From positions 1 to 50,461 of the forward strand of contig DATCVD010000807.1 in the NCBI GenBank assembly GCA_036567125.1: DNA of 50,461 nucleotides. Direction: 5' to 3'. Below the pieces are notes generated by a model. That model saw only the letters and a program-made list of their open reading frames with translations, made no database searches and had not been told where the DNA came from. This document shows, piece after piece, positions 35,941 through 45,700 of this stretch (position 1 is the stretch's first letter; each line of letters opens with the position of its first letter). A program made the position numbers and the translations under genes. Source of the stretch: Pyrinomonadaceae bacterium (lineage in GTDB: Bacteria; Acidobacteriota; Blastocatellia; Pyrinomonadales; Pyrinomonadaceae).

Positions 35941-37110
35941 TCACTTCTTCTGGGCCAACTTCTTGCACCAGTCCGGGTAGTCTTTTTCGAGCAGTTCAGC
36001 CGGTTCTTCGACGTACCAGCTGTAGCCGTTGCGGCGCTCCTCGTCGATCTCCGCGACGCTGTAGCGCACCACGCCGTCGCGGCCCGCGAAGACGGGGCGG
36101 TTGGTGCCGATCTCGTAGAAGCGCGCCCACAAGGGCGGGGCCTGAGGGTCGGCGACGGCCTCGCGCGCGTAACCGCCGGGCTTAGACGGGTCGCGCCGCT
36201 CTATCCAGCGCAAGCCCTTAACCTGCGACCTCCTGAACCATTCGACTGCCGACTCGACGGCTTCGACCGTGCGCGCGTCCGGGTTCTCGACGCTCATCAG
36301 GAAGCGGACTATTCCGACGCTCTCGCCCGCGCTCAGCGAGGCGGGCTCGAACTTGCGGGCCGGCGCGGGGGCGAGCGTCACCTCGTCGTGCTGCGCGCCC
36401 CAGACGGTGCGACGGCCGTTGGCGACGACCTGCGCTTTGAGGATCAGCTCGACGCCCCTCTCGACCGCCTTCTCGGCGCGCAGCCGGCGCGGCTCGTCCA
36501 CGAAGCGGTAGTTGGAGCGCTTGCGCGCCACGTCGCGCAGCAGCCGCATGACGTTGACCATCGCGCCGTCGTTGAACGTGACGTGCGTGTAGTAGCCCTT
36601 GCGGAGAGGGTAGTACTGCGGCCAGCCTCCGTTCGCGTACTGCGCGGCGAGCAGGTAGTCGAGGCCGCGGTGGAAGGCTTCGCGGTGGCGCTCAAGTTTG
36701 CGCGCCGTGTAAACGCGCGCGAGGTAGGCCAGCTGCGTGTAGGTCGCGCCGTTGTCGATGTTCGAGCCGGTCTCTGACTTTTGCTTCAGAAGTTCGGCGC
36801 GCCCGCCTTCGGAGAGGGGGCGCGCCATGTCGATGTTCTTCGACCAGCCGCCCTCATCGTGCTGGTAGAGGATGACGTTGTCGGCGACGCGCACGGCCTC
36901 GTCGGTCGTATACCACTCAGGCTTCTGCCTGAGGCTGTCGCGCCAGTTGATCGGCTCGGCCGCGTTCGGCGCGGACGCTGTCGTCGTGTCGCCGGCTTTC
37001 GCCGCGTCGGCCTGCTGCGCGTGCGCCGCGGCGGCGGCCGCGAGGCACCAGACGAGGGCCGCCACCACCCTGAGTCGTTTCTTCATCCCGCCCCTGTGAG
37101 TCAACGCCAA
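35941..37110 (-). CDS. Pectate lyase, PL10 (PelA/Pel-15E, pectic acid lyase) family
   Basis: YQHDEGGWSKNIDM, NIDNGATYTQLAYLARVY, AAQYANGGWPQYYP and HVTFNDGAMVNVM match my memory of the (alpha/alpha)-barrel Pec_lyase family. Signal peptide present. Confidence 0.75.
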   Translation of the reverse strand: MALTHRGGMKKRLRVVAALVWCLAAAAAAHAQQADAAKAGDTTTASAPNAAEPINWRDSLRQKPEWYTTDEAVRVADNVILYQHDEGGWSKNIDMARPLSEGGRAELLKQKSETGSNIDNGATYTQLAYLARVYTARKLERHREAFHRGLDYLLAAQYANGGWPQYYPLRKGYYTHVTFNDGAMVNVMRLLRDVARKRSNYRFVDEPRRLRAEKAVERGVELILKAQVVANGRRTVWGAQHDEVTLAPAPARKFEPASLSAGESVGIVRFLMSVENPDARTVEAVESAVEWFRRSQVKGLRWIERRDPSKPGGYAREAVADPQAPPLWARFYEIGTNRPVFAGRDGVVRYSVAEIDEERRNGYSWYVEEPAELLEKDYPDWCKKLAQKK

Positions 37111-37134
37111 TTCCGAAAGAATCGAAGATGCGGC

Positions 37135-37169
37135 GTGAGCCGCCCCGGCTGCTCGCGGGGGCGGCTCAC
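37135..37169 (-). terminator. Hairpin downstream of the TonB-dependent receptor gene (second of two tandem hairpins)
   Basis: 12-bp perfect stem GTGAGCCGCCCC (37135-37146) / GGGGCGGCTCAC (37158-37169). A second 8-bp hairpin CCGGCCGA/TCGGCCGG lies at 37180-37200. On the minus strand it is followed by a moderately T-rich stretch. Confidence 0.45.
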
Positions 37170-37218
37170 GTCACATTCACCGGCCGAAGTCGTCGGCCGG
37201 AAAGCTGTCGTCCGGTCT

Positions 37219-40200
37219 TTAGAAGGTGAACTTCATGCCGAGCTGGATGTCGCGCGGCAGGTTGCGCTGGGCGTTCACGCGGCCGAAGTTCTGGTTCGTC
37301 TCGCCGTCGGCGAGGTTGATGCCGCCGAAGTAGACGTAGTTCAGGACGTTCAGCGCCTCGGCGCGGAACTGCAACTTCATCCGCTCGCCGAAACGGAAGT
37401 TCTTCGAGGCCGACAGGTTGAAGCTCTTGAACGGCTGGTTGCGGAGCTTCGGCAGCGTCGAGGGGACGTTGCGCCGGCCCGCGCTGGGCAGTTCGATGAA
37501 GCCGGCGGTCGGGAAAGCCGGGATGTCGACGCCGTAGCGGCGGCCCTGCTCGTCGTACTGGCCCACGCGGCTCGAAAGCTGCGTCACGTCGCCCGCGTAG
37601 TAGAAGTTGTCGCCGAGCAGCAACGGCTCGCCGCTCTGCCACTCGTAGGTGCCGTTGAGCTGCCACCCGCCGACGAAGGCGTCGAGGACGCGGTTCATGT
37701 CGCCGCCGAAAGCGCGGCCGCGGCCGAAGGGCAGCTCGTAGACGCCGGCGAAGGTGAAGCGATGCGGGCGGTCGTCGGTCGAGAAGCGATCCTCAAGCTC
37801 CGTGTCGGAGGGGTTGAGGTAAGTGATCTTCTCTTTGAGCCGCGCGTAGGTGTAGCTCGTCGTCATCGAGAAGCTGCGCGAGAAGCGCTTCTGGCCTTGT
37901 AGCTGGAGGGAGTTGTAGCGGTTCGTGCCGTTATACTCCTGAATCCAGATGTCGCCGAACTGCGGGAACGGGCGGACGAGTTGCATGAGATCGACGGTCG
38001 CGCCGGTGTTGAGCGCCGCGTCCGAGAGGAACACGTTGCCGTTGAACAGGTTCCTGAACGGGTTGTTGGGATCGCTGCCGGTCAGGTTGTTGTTCGCCAC
38101 GTCGGCGCTCGCCGGGTCGGTGCCGAGCAGGGCGGCCGGCACGAAGTTGATGTTGCGGTTGACTGCCAGATCGTAGCCCCACGAGGAGACGAAGTTGGCC
38201 TCGAAGATGAAGTCGTAGGGCAGCTCGCGCTGGAAGCCGATGATGAGCCGGGCGAACTTCGCGTTCTGCCGCTCGGACGGGATGATCGGGGCGTCGTTTG
38301 CTCCGAGCGTCTGCCCGAAGTTGGTCAGCAGGCCGAGGCTCGTGCCGGCCGAGGGGCGCAGCCCGGTCGGGAACGGATTGTTGAGCGTGGCGACGAAAGT
38401 GCGGCCGCTGTTGGTCGAGGGCACGAAGGGCGTGAAGCCCGAGAAGCCCGGCTGGATGGTCAGCGAGTTGTTGCCGATGTCGGAGAGCGTGCTCGGGATG
38501 CGGAACGCGGAGGTGAAGATGCCGAAGCCGCCGCGCAGCACCGTCTTCTCGTTGAGCTGGTAGGCCACGCCGATGCGCGGCTGCCAGTTCGACGTGTCGG
38601 CGTCCCACGCCGCGCGGTCGTCCGGGTTGGCGTAGGTGAAGCCGCCGCGCACGTCGAAGGTGTCGGGCGTCAGGCCGGCGGCGTCGAAGCGCGCGCGGTT
38701 GGCGTTGTAGACGGTGGCGAAGGCGGCGCGCGCCGCGTCGTTGACGGGGCTGGCCGTCGTCACGTCGAACCCGCGCGAGAGGCGGTCGAAGCGCTCCGTG
38801 ATGCCCAGCTCAAGATCGTAGCGCAAGCCGAGGTTGAGCGTCAGGTTCGGCGTCACGCGCCAGTCGTCCTGCACGAAGAAGCCGTGGTAGATGTTCTGGA
38901 CGCTGTAGGCGACCGAGTTCTCGATGCGGCTGTTGCTGCCGGAGACGGGAAGGCCGAGGAGGAACGCGGCCACGTCGCGGCCGTAGAGGTTGCGGTTGCG
39001 CTCGTGGTTGGTCGCGTTGCTGCTGTTCGTCGTGGTCGTGGTCGTGACGGTCGTGAACGTGCCGTCGAAGGTGAAGCGGCCGCCCTGGTAGCCGTTGCCG
39101 CTGAAGTTCTCGCGCAGCACGCGCCCGTCGTAGCCGAAGCGGGCGGTGTGGTTGCCGAAAACCTTGGTCAGCGTCGGCTGGAACGACGCGACGTAGAGCG
39201 GGCGGACGAAGCCCTCGTTGAAGTCGGAACGCTCGGCGCCGAGGGTCGAGCGGATCGGGCGCACCTGATCGTACGTCCTGATGTCGAAGCGCGGCAGGTA
39301 CTGGTAGCCGCGCATCGCCGCGATCGCCTGCGGCGAGAAGCCGAGCGTCGCGGGGTCGAACGTGCCGGAGGGCCGGCGCTCCTGCACGAAGCGGGTCAGG
39401 TTGCCGCGCACGTCGAGCACGGTCGAGGGCGAGAGCGTGGCCGTGTAGCCGAGCACCGCGCCGTCGTTTGTGCGGTACTCGATGCCGCGCGTGACGGGGA
39501 AGTCGTTGACCACGAGCTGCGACCAGTCGCGGCGGTCTTCCGGGTTGAAGCTGTGGTAGTAGTTGAAGAAGAGCCTCTGGTTCTCGCTGATGTTGTGATC
39601 GATGCGCGTCACCCAAGCGCGGTAGTTCTGGAACCGCAGCGTCGGCGAGAAGAAGTTGTTCTGGAGGCCGGGCCGGGTCGGCATCGGGTAGAGGTTCAGG
39701 TAGTTGACCGCCACCGGGTTGAGCAGGTTGGTCGGAATGACGTTGCCCGCGAAGGGCGTCCGGTTGGCCGTGCCCGTCGCGCCGATGCTGAACGGGTTGT
39801 AGACGACGACGGGGCCGTTGGGCGACGCGTCCGGGCTCAGGAACTCCGAGAGGTCGCCGCGGCGCATCCGCTCGGTCGGCACGGTGTAGAACTGCGGCTC
39901 CGAGTCGGTGGTCTGGAGGCGCTCGTAGGAGAAGAGGAAGAAGGTGCGGTCGCGCCCGTTGTAGACGCCGGGGATGCGGACGGGGCCGTCCACCTCGCCG
40001 CCCCAGCGGTGGTAAGCCCTCTGGGGGCGCTCCTGACCGGCCGAGTTGGCGAAGAAGTTGTTGGCCGTGCGGCCGCGGGCGCGGTTGAAGTAGTAGAGCG
40101 CACCGTGGAAGTCGTTCGTGCCGGACTTGAGGGCGACGTTGACGGTCGCATTGGCCGTGTAGCCCTGCTGCGCGTCGAACTGCGTGGTCTGCACCTTGAA

Positions 40201-40875
40201 CTGCGAGACGGCGTCAGAGGGCGGCGAGAAGCCGACCGCCCCGTCGATGGCGAAGTTGGGCGAGCCGTCGAGCGTCACCTGGTTGGCCCCGGTGGCGCCG
40301 TTGGTGCGGAAGGACGCGAGGTTGCCGTTCGAGGTCGGGGCGGTGAAGGCGGGGTTGCCCGTGTAGGCGACGCCCGGCGCGAGGGTGGCGAGCTGGTACG
40401 GGCTGCCGTCGATCAGGGGCAACTCGCTGATCTGCCGGCTCTCGATCACCGTCCCGGCGCTGACCGAGCCGGTTTCGAGCGCGACGGCGGTGTCCACGAC
40501 CGCGACCGTGTCGGCCACACCGACCTGCATCTGGACGTCGAGCGTCAGCCTCTCGGCCACGCGAATCTCGATCCCCGTGCGCTGCGCCGTGTTGAAGCCT
40601 TGGCTCGTCACCGTCAGCGTGTACTTACCGGGCTGGAGCAGCGGGAAGCTGAAGCCGCCCTCGTCGTTGGTGGCGACCGTGGCCGCCACGTTCGTCTCCA
40701 CGTTCTTGACCTCGACTGTGGCCCCGGGCAGCGCGGCCCCGTTCGGGTCCGTGACGTTGCCCGAGAGCGAGCCTCTAAACTCCTGCGCGCCGGCCGTCGC
40801 TGCAAACAGCGACACCACCAGCGCGAGGGCGGCAAAGCCTTTGCGGATTGCGTCCTTACACATCACTCTATGCAT
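37219..40875 (-). CDS. TonB-dependent outer-membrane receptor with an N-terminal carboxypeptidase-regulatory-like domain
   Basis: 1218 aa. LSGNVTDPNGAALPGATVEVKNVETNVAATVATNDEGGFSFPLLQPGKYTLTV is a CarboxypepD_reg-like domain. A plug and a long beta-barrel follow. C-terminal ..QLGMKFTF ends in an aromatic residue. Confidence 0.88.
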   Translation of the reverse strand: MHRVMCKDAIRKGFAALALVVSLFAATAGAQEFRGSLSGNVTDPNGAALPGATVEVKNVETNVAATVATNDEGGFSFPLLQPGKYTLTVTSQGFNTAQRTGIEIRVAERLTLDVQMQVGVADTVAVVDTAVALETGSVSAGTVIESRQISELPLIDGSPYQLATLAPGVAYTGNPAFTAPTSNGNLASFRTNGATGANQVTLDGSPNFAIDGAVGFSPPSDAVSQFKVQTTQFDAQQGYTANATVNVALKSGTNDFHGALYYFNRARGRTANNFFANSAGQERPQRAYHRWGGEVDGPVRIPGVYNGRDRTFFLFSYERLQTTDSEPQFYTVPTERMRRGDLSEFLSPDASPNGPVVVYNPFSIGATGTANRTPFAGNVIPTNLLNPVAVNYLNLYPMPTRPGLQNNFFSPTLRFQNYRAWVTRIDHNISENQRLFFNYYHSFNPEDRRDWSQLVVNDFPVTRGIEYRTNDGAVLGYTATLSPSTVLDVRGNLTRFVQERRPSGTFDPATLGFSPQAIAAMRGYQYLPRFDIRTYDQVRPIRSTLGAERSDFNEGFVRPLYVASFQPTLTKVFGNHTARFGYDGRVLRENFSGNGYQGGRFTFDGTFTTVTTTTTTNSSNATNHERNRNLYGRDVAAFLLGLPVSGSNSRIENSVAYSVQNIYHGFFVQDDWRVTPNLTLNLGLRYDLELGITERFDRLSRGFDVTTASPVNDAARAAFATVYNANRARFDAAGLTPDTFDVRGGFTYANPDDRAAWDADTSNWQPRIGVAYQLNEKTVLRGGFGIFTSAFRIPSTLSDIGNNSLTIQPGFSGFTPFVPSTNSGRTFVATLNNPFPTGLRPSAGTSLGLLTNFGQTLGANDAPIIPSERQNAKFARLIIGFQRELPYDFIFEANFVSSWGYDLAVNRNINFVPAALLGTDPASADVANNNLTGSDPNNPFRNLFNGNVFLSDAALNTGATVDLMQLVRPFPQFGDIWIQEYNGTNRYNSLQLQGQKRFSRSFSMTTSYTYARLKEKITYLNPSDTELEDRFSTDDRPHRFTFAGVYELPFGRGRAFGGDMNRVLDAFVGGWQLNGTYEWQSGEPLLLGDNFYYAGDVTQLSSRVGQYDEQGRRYGVDIPAFPTAGFIELPSAGRRNVPSTLPKLRNQPFKSFNLSASKNFRFGERMKLQFRAEALNVLNYVYFGGINLADGETNQNFGRVNAQRNLPRDIQLGMKFTF

Positions 40876-41025
40876 CCTTTCTGAACCTAGTTGCGGAGAC
40901 CGGCTGCGACGGGCAACGTCTTTATGTCTGAGGGCCGTATGCTGCCTGTTGGTGCGAATGACTCAAACAGCCACGTGATACTTGTACTCGACTGCGCGCG
41001 GGCCAGTGAAGGGCTTGGGCCATTA

Positions 41026-41036
41026 CTGGTGTAACC
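41026..41036. promoter_or_regulatory. Candidate GntR-type operator upstream of the TonB-receptor operon
   Basis: ACTGGT-GTA-ACCAATT (core 41026-41036), about 150 nt upstream of the start at 40875. Additional GGGTATTACCA at 41298-41308 and TAACCAATT at 41271-41279. Confidence 0.4.
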
Positions 41037-41339
41037 AATTAAACTCTTGACCAGTTTCTCAACACTCCCGGCCGGCGGCGATTTGGGCGTGCGTCAAGCC
41101 GAACGGTTCCGTCGGCGAAAACTTGGTTTTAAGCCCGAAACCCGACTACAAGATTATCTTTTTTCGATTCAAACTTCCGAGAAGTGAATCAGAATCCGGC
41201 CTCGAAAAAGGCCATTCTGCAGGAGCGTTCGCATTTTCTATCAGGAAGCCGATTAAGTCAAGTGCATTTATAACCAATTGCATTTTTACTTACGAAGGGG
41301 TATTACCAATTAAAGCTCAAAATATCGACTTCCAATCCT

Positions 41340-41621
41340 GCGCCCCCGGTCTGCATACGCGGCCGCAGGCTCGCGCCGCTACTGAGGAACCCGAGTGCAC
41401 GTCGGAACAATCCGGCCTACACGGTCACGCCCTTTCGGGGTACGCTCGGCCGCGCGGTGCGCACCGATCGCCGGCACTACGCCGTATGGGACGAGGTGCG
41501 ATCGGGCGCAATGCTCTTTGACCAACGGGACGGCCCGCCCAAGCTGAAGAACGTCGCCTCCGATTCCCCGCACGCGAATACTCTGCTGGAGATGAAGAGA
41601 CTCCTTAAACAGATGCCGTGA
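41340..41621 (+). pseudogene. 3'-terminal remnant of a sulfatase-family gene
   Basis: The frame ending at TGA 41619-41621 reads ..LAPLLRNPSARRNNPAYTVTPFRGTLGRAVRTDRRHYAVWDEVRSGAMLFDQRDGPPKLKNVASDSPHANTLLEMKRLLKQMP. This resembles the conserved C-terminus of arylsulfatase-type enzymes (..RSVRT.R.RY..W......ELYDL..DP.E..NLA......L..L...L). There is no N-terminal part. Composition switches from AT-rich to GC-rich at about 41340. Confidence 0.5.
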
Positions 41622-41798
41622 GGAGAGCAGACTGGAGGCAGGTGGTAGAAACACTTCACAGGCCACCGGAAGGTGGTAGAATGTGCGCTCGGATAATCGG
41701 GTGGGCGCATCCGGCACCCACCTCCCTTTCGCCCGCCGCGTCGGAGGCGGTCAGCCCGGCGCGGCCCTCGCCCCAGAAGACAGATCTTACCTTAGAGG

Positions 41799-42533
41799 AT
41801 GAATATGAAGAGGGGAGTTTGTGTACTCGCGCTCGTCCTGATCACGTCCCACGCGAGCGCGCCGGCGAACACCGCACACGATCCGCTAACCGCGATCCTG
41901 AAGCGTGGGGGCTACACCGTCTCCTTAGGCCTGAAGGTCAGGAAGAAGAAGCGCTACTCGGTGCAGCGCGTGATGGAGGGCATCCTCGGTGACGACCGCC
42001 CGAACGCTTACGCCACCGGGTTCGTGGTCGGCGACGGGCTGGTGATGACCGCCCACCACGTCGTCTCCGGCAGCCTGAGCGCCCACAAGAAAAAGCTGCT
42101 CGGCTTCTCGCGCGACGCCGAGCTAGAGGCCGTGGCGTACGTCAACGGCTGCGAGGCCACGGTGCTCAAGGTGGACCCGGACGCGGACCTGGCGCTCCTC
42201 GGCGTGTGCAAGGCGGAGGATGAGGCGGGCGGCCGCGCCTACCAGCCGGCCCCGAGCCGAGACGAAATGCTGCTGGTCATCGCCCGCCCGGACGGCAACA
42301 GGACGGTCAGGCGCGGGGCCTTCTCCGGCACCTACACCTACGGCGGCCAGCAGTACTGGGCCGCCGACATCGAGGGGCGCGACGGCTTCTCGGGCAGCCC
42401 GGTCTTCAACGGCAGGGGCGAGATCGTCGGCGTCTTCAGCCGCTACGACCCGACCCAGAGGGTTGCGCTGATCACCCCCGCGGCGCGGGCGCAGAAGCTA
42501 ATAGAAGACTACGCCTCAAGCGTCCGGCCCTGA
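41799..42533 (+). CDS. Secreted trypsin-like (S1/PA clan) serine protease
   Basis: Signal peptide. Candidate catalytic triad: GLVMTAHHVV (His), DADLALLGV (Asp), GFSGSPVFN (Ser). Confidence 0.75.
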   Translation: MNMKRGVCVLALVLITSHASAPANTAHDPLTAILKRGGYTVSLGLKVRKKKRYSVQRVMEGILGDDRPNAYATGFVVGDGLVMTAHHVVSGSLSAHKKKLLGFSRDAELEAVAYVNGCEATVLKVDPDADLALLGVCKAEDEAGGRAYQPAPSRDEMLLVIARPDGNRTVRRGAFSGTYTYGGQQYWAADIEGRDGFSGSPVFNGRGEIVGVFSRYDPTQRVALITPAARAQKLIEDYASSVRP

Positions 42534-42646
42534 CCGCCAAGCCCGCCCGGTGCGGCCTCGCGCAGTAATTCGGCTTCAGCGTCAGGGCGTTCTCGTCGAG
42601 CAAGCCGAGGGTTCAGTCTCTCACCACGATTCCGACAATCACGCCG

Positions 42647-42683
42647 AGCAAAAGAAATGCCCCGGCTTCGGCCGGGGCATTTC
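42647..42683 (-). terminator. Rho-independent terminator after the large pectate lyase gene (hairpin shared with the convergent protease gene)
   Basis: Stem GAAATGCCCCGGC (42654-42666) / GCCGGGGCATTTC (42671-42683) with loop TTCG. On the minus strand it is followed by TTTTG. Confidence 0.75.
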
Positions 42684-42708
42684 GCGTCTCCAAATTCCGC
42701 GGCCTGAC

Positions 42709-45700
42709 TTACCTGATCTGGAAACGCACGGAGTAGACGTGCGGCTCGTCGCCGGCGGTGAAGTGGAGCCTATACGTGCCGGGCGCGTAACCGGTTGTCT
42801 TGAGGTTGAAGATGTAGCCGCCGGTCGTGCCGAGTGTCGGGTCGAAACGGAATGTCTGACCCGGGTTGGCGTTGCCCGGATCGGCCGCCGGGCCGTGGGG
42901 TTGGGCGTTGTCGGGAGATGTGCCGAGCGCGCGTACCACCCTGTCGGCCGAAGACAGGTTCGCGCCCGAGCTGTCGAAGAGTTGCAGCTTGACGGGCACG
43001 GTCGATCCCGCCTTGTTCGACTTGGCCGGATCGTAGAGCAGGCCGATTCGGTAGCCGACCGCGTAGGTGACTGCCTTCGCGACGGTGTTGCCCGCCACGT
43101 CGGTCGCGATCACCTCGAAGCCCCGCGGGCCGACCGAGGACGTGTCGAGCGGCGCTCCGCTCGACAGCGTGCCTATGCAGTCGGCTTTCCCCGAGAGGCT
43201 GTCGCCGCAGGCGTAGTCGGCCGTCGCGGACTGCCCGAGGACGTAGAAGCCGCCTTCCGTGGGTTGCGCAAGGTTGATGGACGGGGCCGTCTTATCGATG
43301 TTCACGCCTCCGACTGTCGCGGACGCCTTGTTGCCCGCGATGTCTTCGACCGTGAACGTGTAGGACTGCCCCGCGCCCTCGGCCTTGAAGGTGTAGCCAG
43401 CCGCCGCGGGCGAGGCTAGTCCGGACAGGTCATCGCCGGCGGTGTAGCCGGCGGCCACGTCGGTGTTATTCCAACCCGCGGGATTGGCTAGTGTGACGCG
43501 CGCGGCTTCGACGGACGGCGCCGTCCGGTCGAGCATGACGGCGAGCGTCTGCTCGACTTCGGCGTTGCCGGCATCGTCCTTTGAGTAGTAAGTGATCGTC
43601 GTGATCCCTTCGTCGGTGACGGGGATCGCGACGGGGGCGACGTGCGAGTGCGTGATCGCTCCGTTGACGCTGTAGACGATCTTGTGCAGACCCGCGCCGC
43701 CGCCGTTGTCGGCGGCGGCTAGCGTCACGGTCACGTCGGAGTTGTGCCAGCCGGCGGCGTTGGCCGGTCGCGAGAGGGCCGCTCGGGTCGTGGGCGGCGT
43801 GTCGTCGCCCAGCTTATCCGCGCCGGGGGCCGGCACGATGTCGTTGAGGTAGAGTTCGAGGTTCGAGTAGCCGCTCGCCGTGATGGCGCGCCCGTCCGCC
43901 GCGTCCGCGGGGTTCAGCCCGCGGTTGACTTCCCAGTAGTCGGGGATGCCGTCGCCGTCCGCGTCCGCCGGCGCGGCCAAGGACGAGAGGCCCGGCCAGC
44001 CGCCCACCTCGTTCTGCGAATCGATGTGGCGGCCGCCCTCGCCCCTCACCTCCGAGATGACGCGCAGGTCGGCGGCGTCGCGAGCGAGCGAGTGTCCGGC
44101 GATGTTGAGCACGCGCTCGTAAGCCGTGCGTGCGTCGTCTGTGGCGACCGGCGGGAAGTCGAAGCGCGCCGGCTCCTGTCTCGTGTAAGCGCCGGTGAAC
44201 ATCGACCAGCCGATGTCGGCCCCGTCGCGCGCGCCGTTCAGGTTGCCGTCGATCAGGTTGTCGGACTGGTGGATGAACGTGCTGGCGCTCCCGCCCTTGA
44301 AGGCGCGGCGCTTTGAGGCGGGCGTGGAGGGGCCGGCGACGAGGTAGTTGCCGACGAAGTTGAGGCGCGGCGTGCCCTCGACCGCCTCGGCGCTGTAGCC
44401 GGACTCGTTGCCCCAGTTGTAGACGACGTTGTTGACGAAATCCAGCCCGACGTTGTCGCCGAGGCGCGGGTTGCGGCTGTCGTGGTGCGCGTAGAGGTTG
44501 TGGTGGTAAGTCACCACGCCGCTACCGTACCGGATGAGCGAGCCGTAGCCGTGCGAGTTCTTCGCGTGGCAAGAATCCCTCAGGCTCTCGGTGATGAGCG
44601 ACCACTGCACGGTGACGCGGTCGGACTCCGTCACCGACAGCGTCTCGTCTACGCTCCACGACGCGGAGACGTGGTCGATTATCACGTCCGTCGACTTGTC
44701 CACCGTCAGCGCGTCGTCCTCGTAGCCATTTGAGCAGTTGAGGTCGCCCGCGCGGAAGCGCATGTAGCGGATGATGATGTTGTTCGTGTTCGAGATGACG
44801 GTGTGCCAGCCGGCGACCGTGACGCCGTCGCCGGGGGCCGTCTGCCCCGCCAGCGTCAGGAACGGCTTACTGATGACCAACCGCGAGTTGAGGTGGATGG
44901 TGCCCGACACGTCGAAGACGATGGTGCGGGGGCCGGCGGCCGTGCGGACGGCTTCGCGCAGGGAGCCGGGCCCACTGTCGTTGAGGTTGGTGACGTGGTA
45001 CACGTCGCCGCCGCGTCCGCCGGGGGTGAGTTCGCCCGCGCCTTCCGCGCCGGGGAACGCCCTGACGGGCTCCGCGCCGGGCGCGCTGACGAAGAGTGTG
45101 GCCGAGGCGCTGCCCTGGTAATTGGGATCGCTGACGGTCGCGACGACGCTGTACCTACCCGGCTCGACGGGCGGGGCGGCCGAGCCGTTGTAGGTGATCA
45201 AGAGCGGCGCGGCGGCGGGCGGGGTGGTCGTCGCCGAGACCTGCTTGGGCGTGCCGTCGTAGGTCTGCTTCAACTGGCCGAGCGTGATTACGAGCGGGGC
45301 CGGGTTGATGACGAACGTGCCCGTGGCCGTGCCCTGATAGGCGGCGTCCTCGACGGTCGCCACGACGTTGTAAGTGCCGGCCGCCGTCGGCCGCGCGGCG
45401 CTGCCGTTGTACGTTAAGTTGACGTTGAGGCCGGCCGGATCGGTGGCGACCGACGGGGCGAGCGGCGCGCCCGTGTACGTCTGCGTCAGATCGCCCAGCG
45501 TGACCTTCGCCGCGTTCGACGGCGGCTCCTGCTGCGACGCCGTGTGGTCGACCAGAAGCCGGGTGAACTTTATCTTGGTGGCGAAGTCCGCGCCGGTGAC
45601 GCGAAACGCGAAGTAGTCGAACGAAGTGTTAGGGGCCGTGCTCGTCTCGACCACGGTGCGCTTGTAGCTGCCGGGAAGCGCGCCCCCTGTCAACTCCGCG

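Noticed and set aside
41123-41717. ORFs 41123..41521 (+), 41379..41717 (-) and 41618..41992 (+) as genes.
   Set aside because: No motifs, and the first has atypical composition. The only coding-like signal in the region is the sulfatase C-terminal remnant in a different frame (ending 41621) and the protease gene from 41799.
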